Assembly: GCA_020184695.1 (NCBI GenBank)
Contig: JAANOX010000201.1
Coordinates: forward strand, 13,718 to 77,717
Source: Histomonas meleagridis 2922-C6/04-290x
Taxonomy: Eukaryota > Protista > Parabasalia
DNA: 64,000 nucleotides
Reading direction: 5' to 3'
A program made the position numbers and the translations under genes. Below are positions 63,574-64,000 of the stretch, piece after piece. Each line of letters begins with the position of its first letter. Position 1 is the stretch's first letter. The notes below the pieces were generated by a model. It ran no database searches and was not told the origin of the DNA. It was given only the letters and a program-made list of their open reading frames with translations.

Positions 63574-64000
63574 TTATCTGTTTGGGTACTTATGTTTTTT
63601 TTTAATGAAATTTGAAACATATTTTTCATTTGAATTATTTGTTTGAATTTTATCTTCAAAATTCAAGTTTTTAGAATTTAACATTTCGCCTAAAAATAAA
63701 ATATTATTTACCTCTGATAAAGATAAAGTATTACTTTTTGTTGCTGGTTCATTAAAATTCCCAGAATTGAAATTTTGAACCGCACCTTTCACACGAAGTA
63801 AATTAACTATTTCTATATGACCTTTTTTAGATGCCCAAATAAGTGCTGTATCAAATAATTTAAAAAAATTCCAAATATTATTTTGAAATAGAAAATTATT
63901 AAATTAAAATAAAAACAAAAAATAAATAAATGGTTTTAGCATTAATATCAATTCCTTCTTGTTCAAGAAGTAATTTAACGATTTCTATGAGACCATTTGA
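63574..64000 (-). CDS. 3' part of an ankyrin-repeat gene running in from beyond the window, with one linker insertion
   Basis: SNGLIEIVKLLLEQEGIDINAKT / KLFDTALIWASKKGHIEIVNLLRVKGAVQNF...KYPNR*. Confidence 0.8.
63862..63931 (-). other. 70-nt insertion in an ankyrin linker (long family)
   Basis: 82 nt between K-T and T-A-L; insert ATTTATTTATT...CTATTTCAAAATAATATTTGGAATTTTTTT; removal gives KT-KLFD-TAL. Confidence 0.65.

Noticed and set aside
1-64000. tRNA, rRNA, snRNA genes, telomeric repeats or intact transposases
   Set aside because: None recognisable by eye; tRNAscan-SE/Infernal and a repeat-library search would be needed to exclude them.

Overview
This is AT-rich eukaryotic genomic DNA with a standard genetic code: real genes end in TAA, TAG or TGA. 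It is gene dense and shows almost no canonical introns. The gene content points to a parabasalid (trichomonad or Tritrichomonas/Histomonas-like): BspA-type LRR surface proteins, trichomonad DUF3447-type ankyrin genes, R2R3 Myb, saposin-like proteins and many trafficking genes. Recognisable genes are POC1-like WD40, RasGAP-like, GH38 alpha-mannosidase, P-loop ATPase, two saposin-like genes, a BEACH-family-like scaffold, two Rabs, an atypical Arf, MAF1, Myb, a linker-histone-like protein, ADA1, a LisH/FOP-like protein, an SMP protein, two BspA genes, WDR11, CLEC16A/FPL, Sec61-alpha, AP-3 mu and a PAP2 phosphatase. Two things stand out. (1) Four separate ankyrin loci carry eight 31-70 nt AT-rich insertions, all at the same position of the ankyrin repeat (between K/Q-D/N/Q/T and the next T-A/P/T-L). 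None has GT...AG ends at the boundaries that restore the repeat, and four belong to one 68-70 nt sequence family. They are candidate non-canonical introns or a repeat-targeted insertion element. (2) About 21.7-34.2 kb and 40.4-57.0 kb form a mirror-image segmental duplication with mosaic divergence, an apparently precise 5.7 kb indel containing Sec61-alpha, and short conversion-like tracts between BspA paralogs; a similar tract links the two saposin genes (13 and 39 kb). Many frameshifts are single-base homopolymer insertions, so some pseudogene calls may be long-read consensus errors. The ORF track uses GTG/TTG starts; I moved starts to the likely ATG where possible. All domain calls are by eye, with no database searches.
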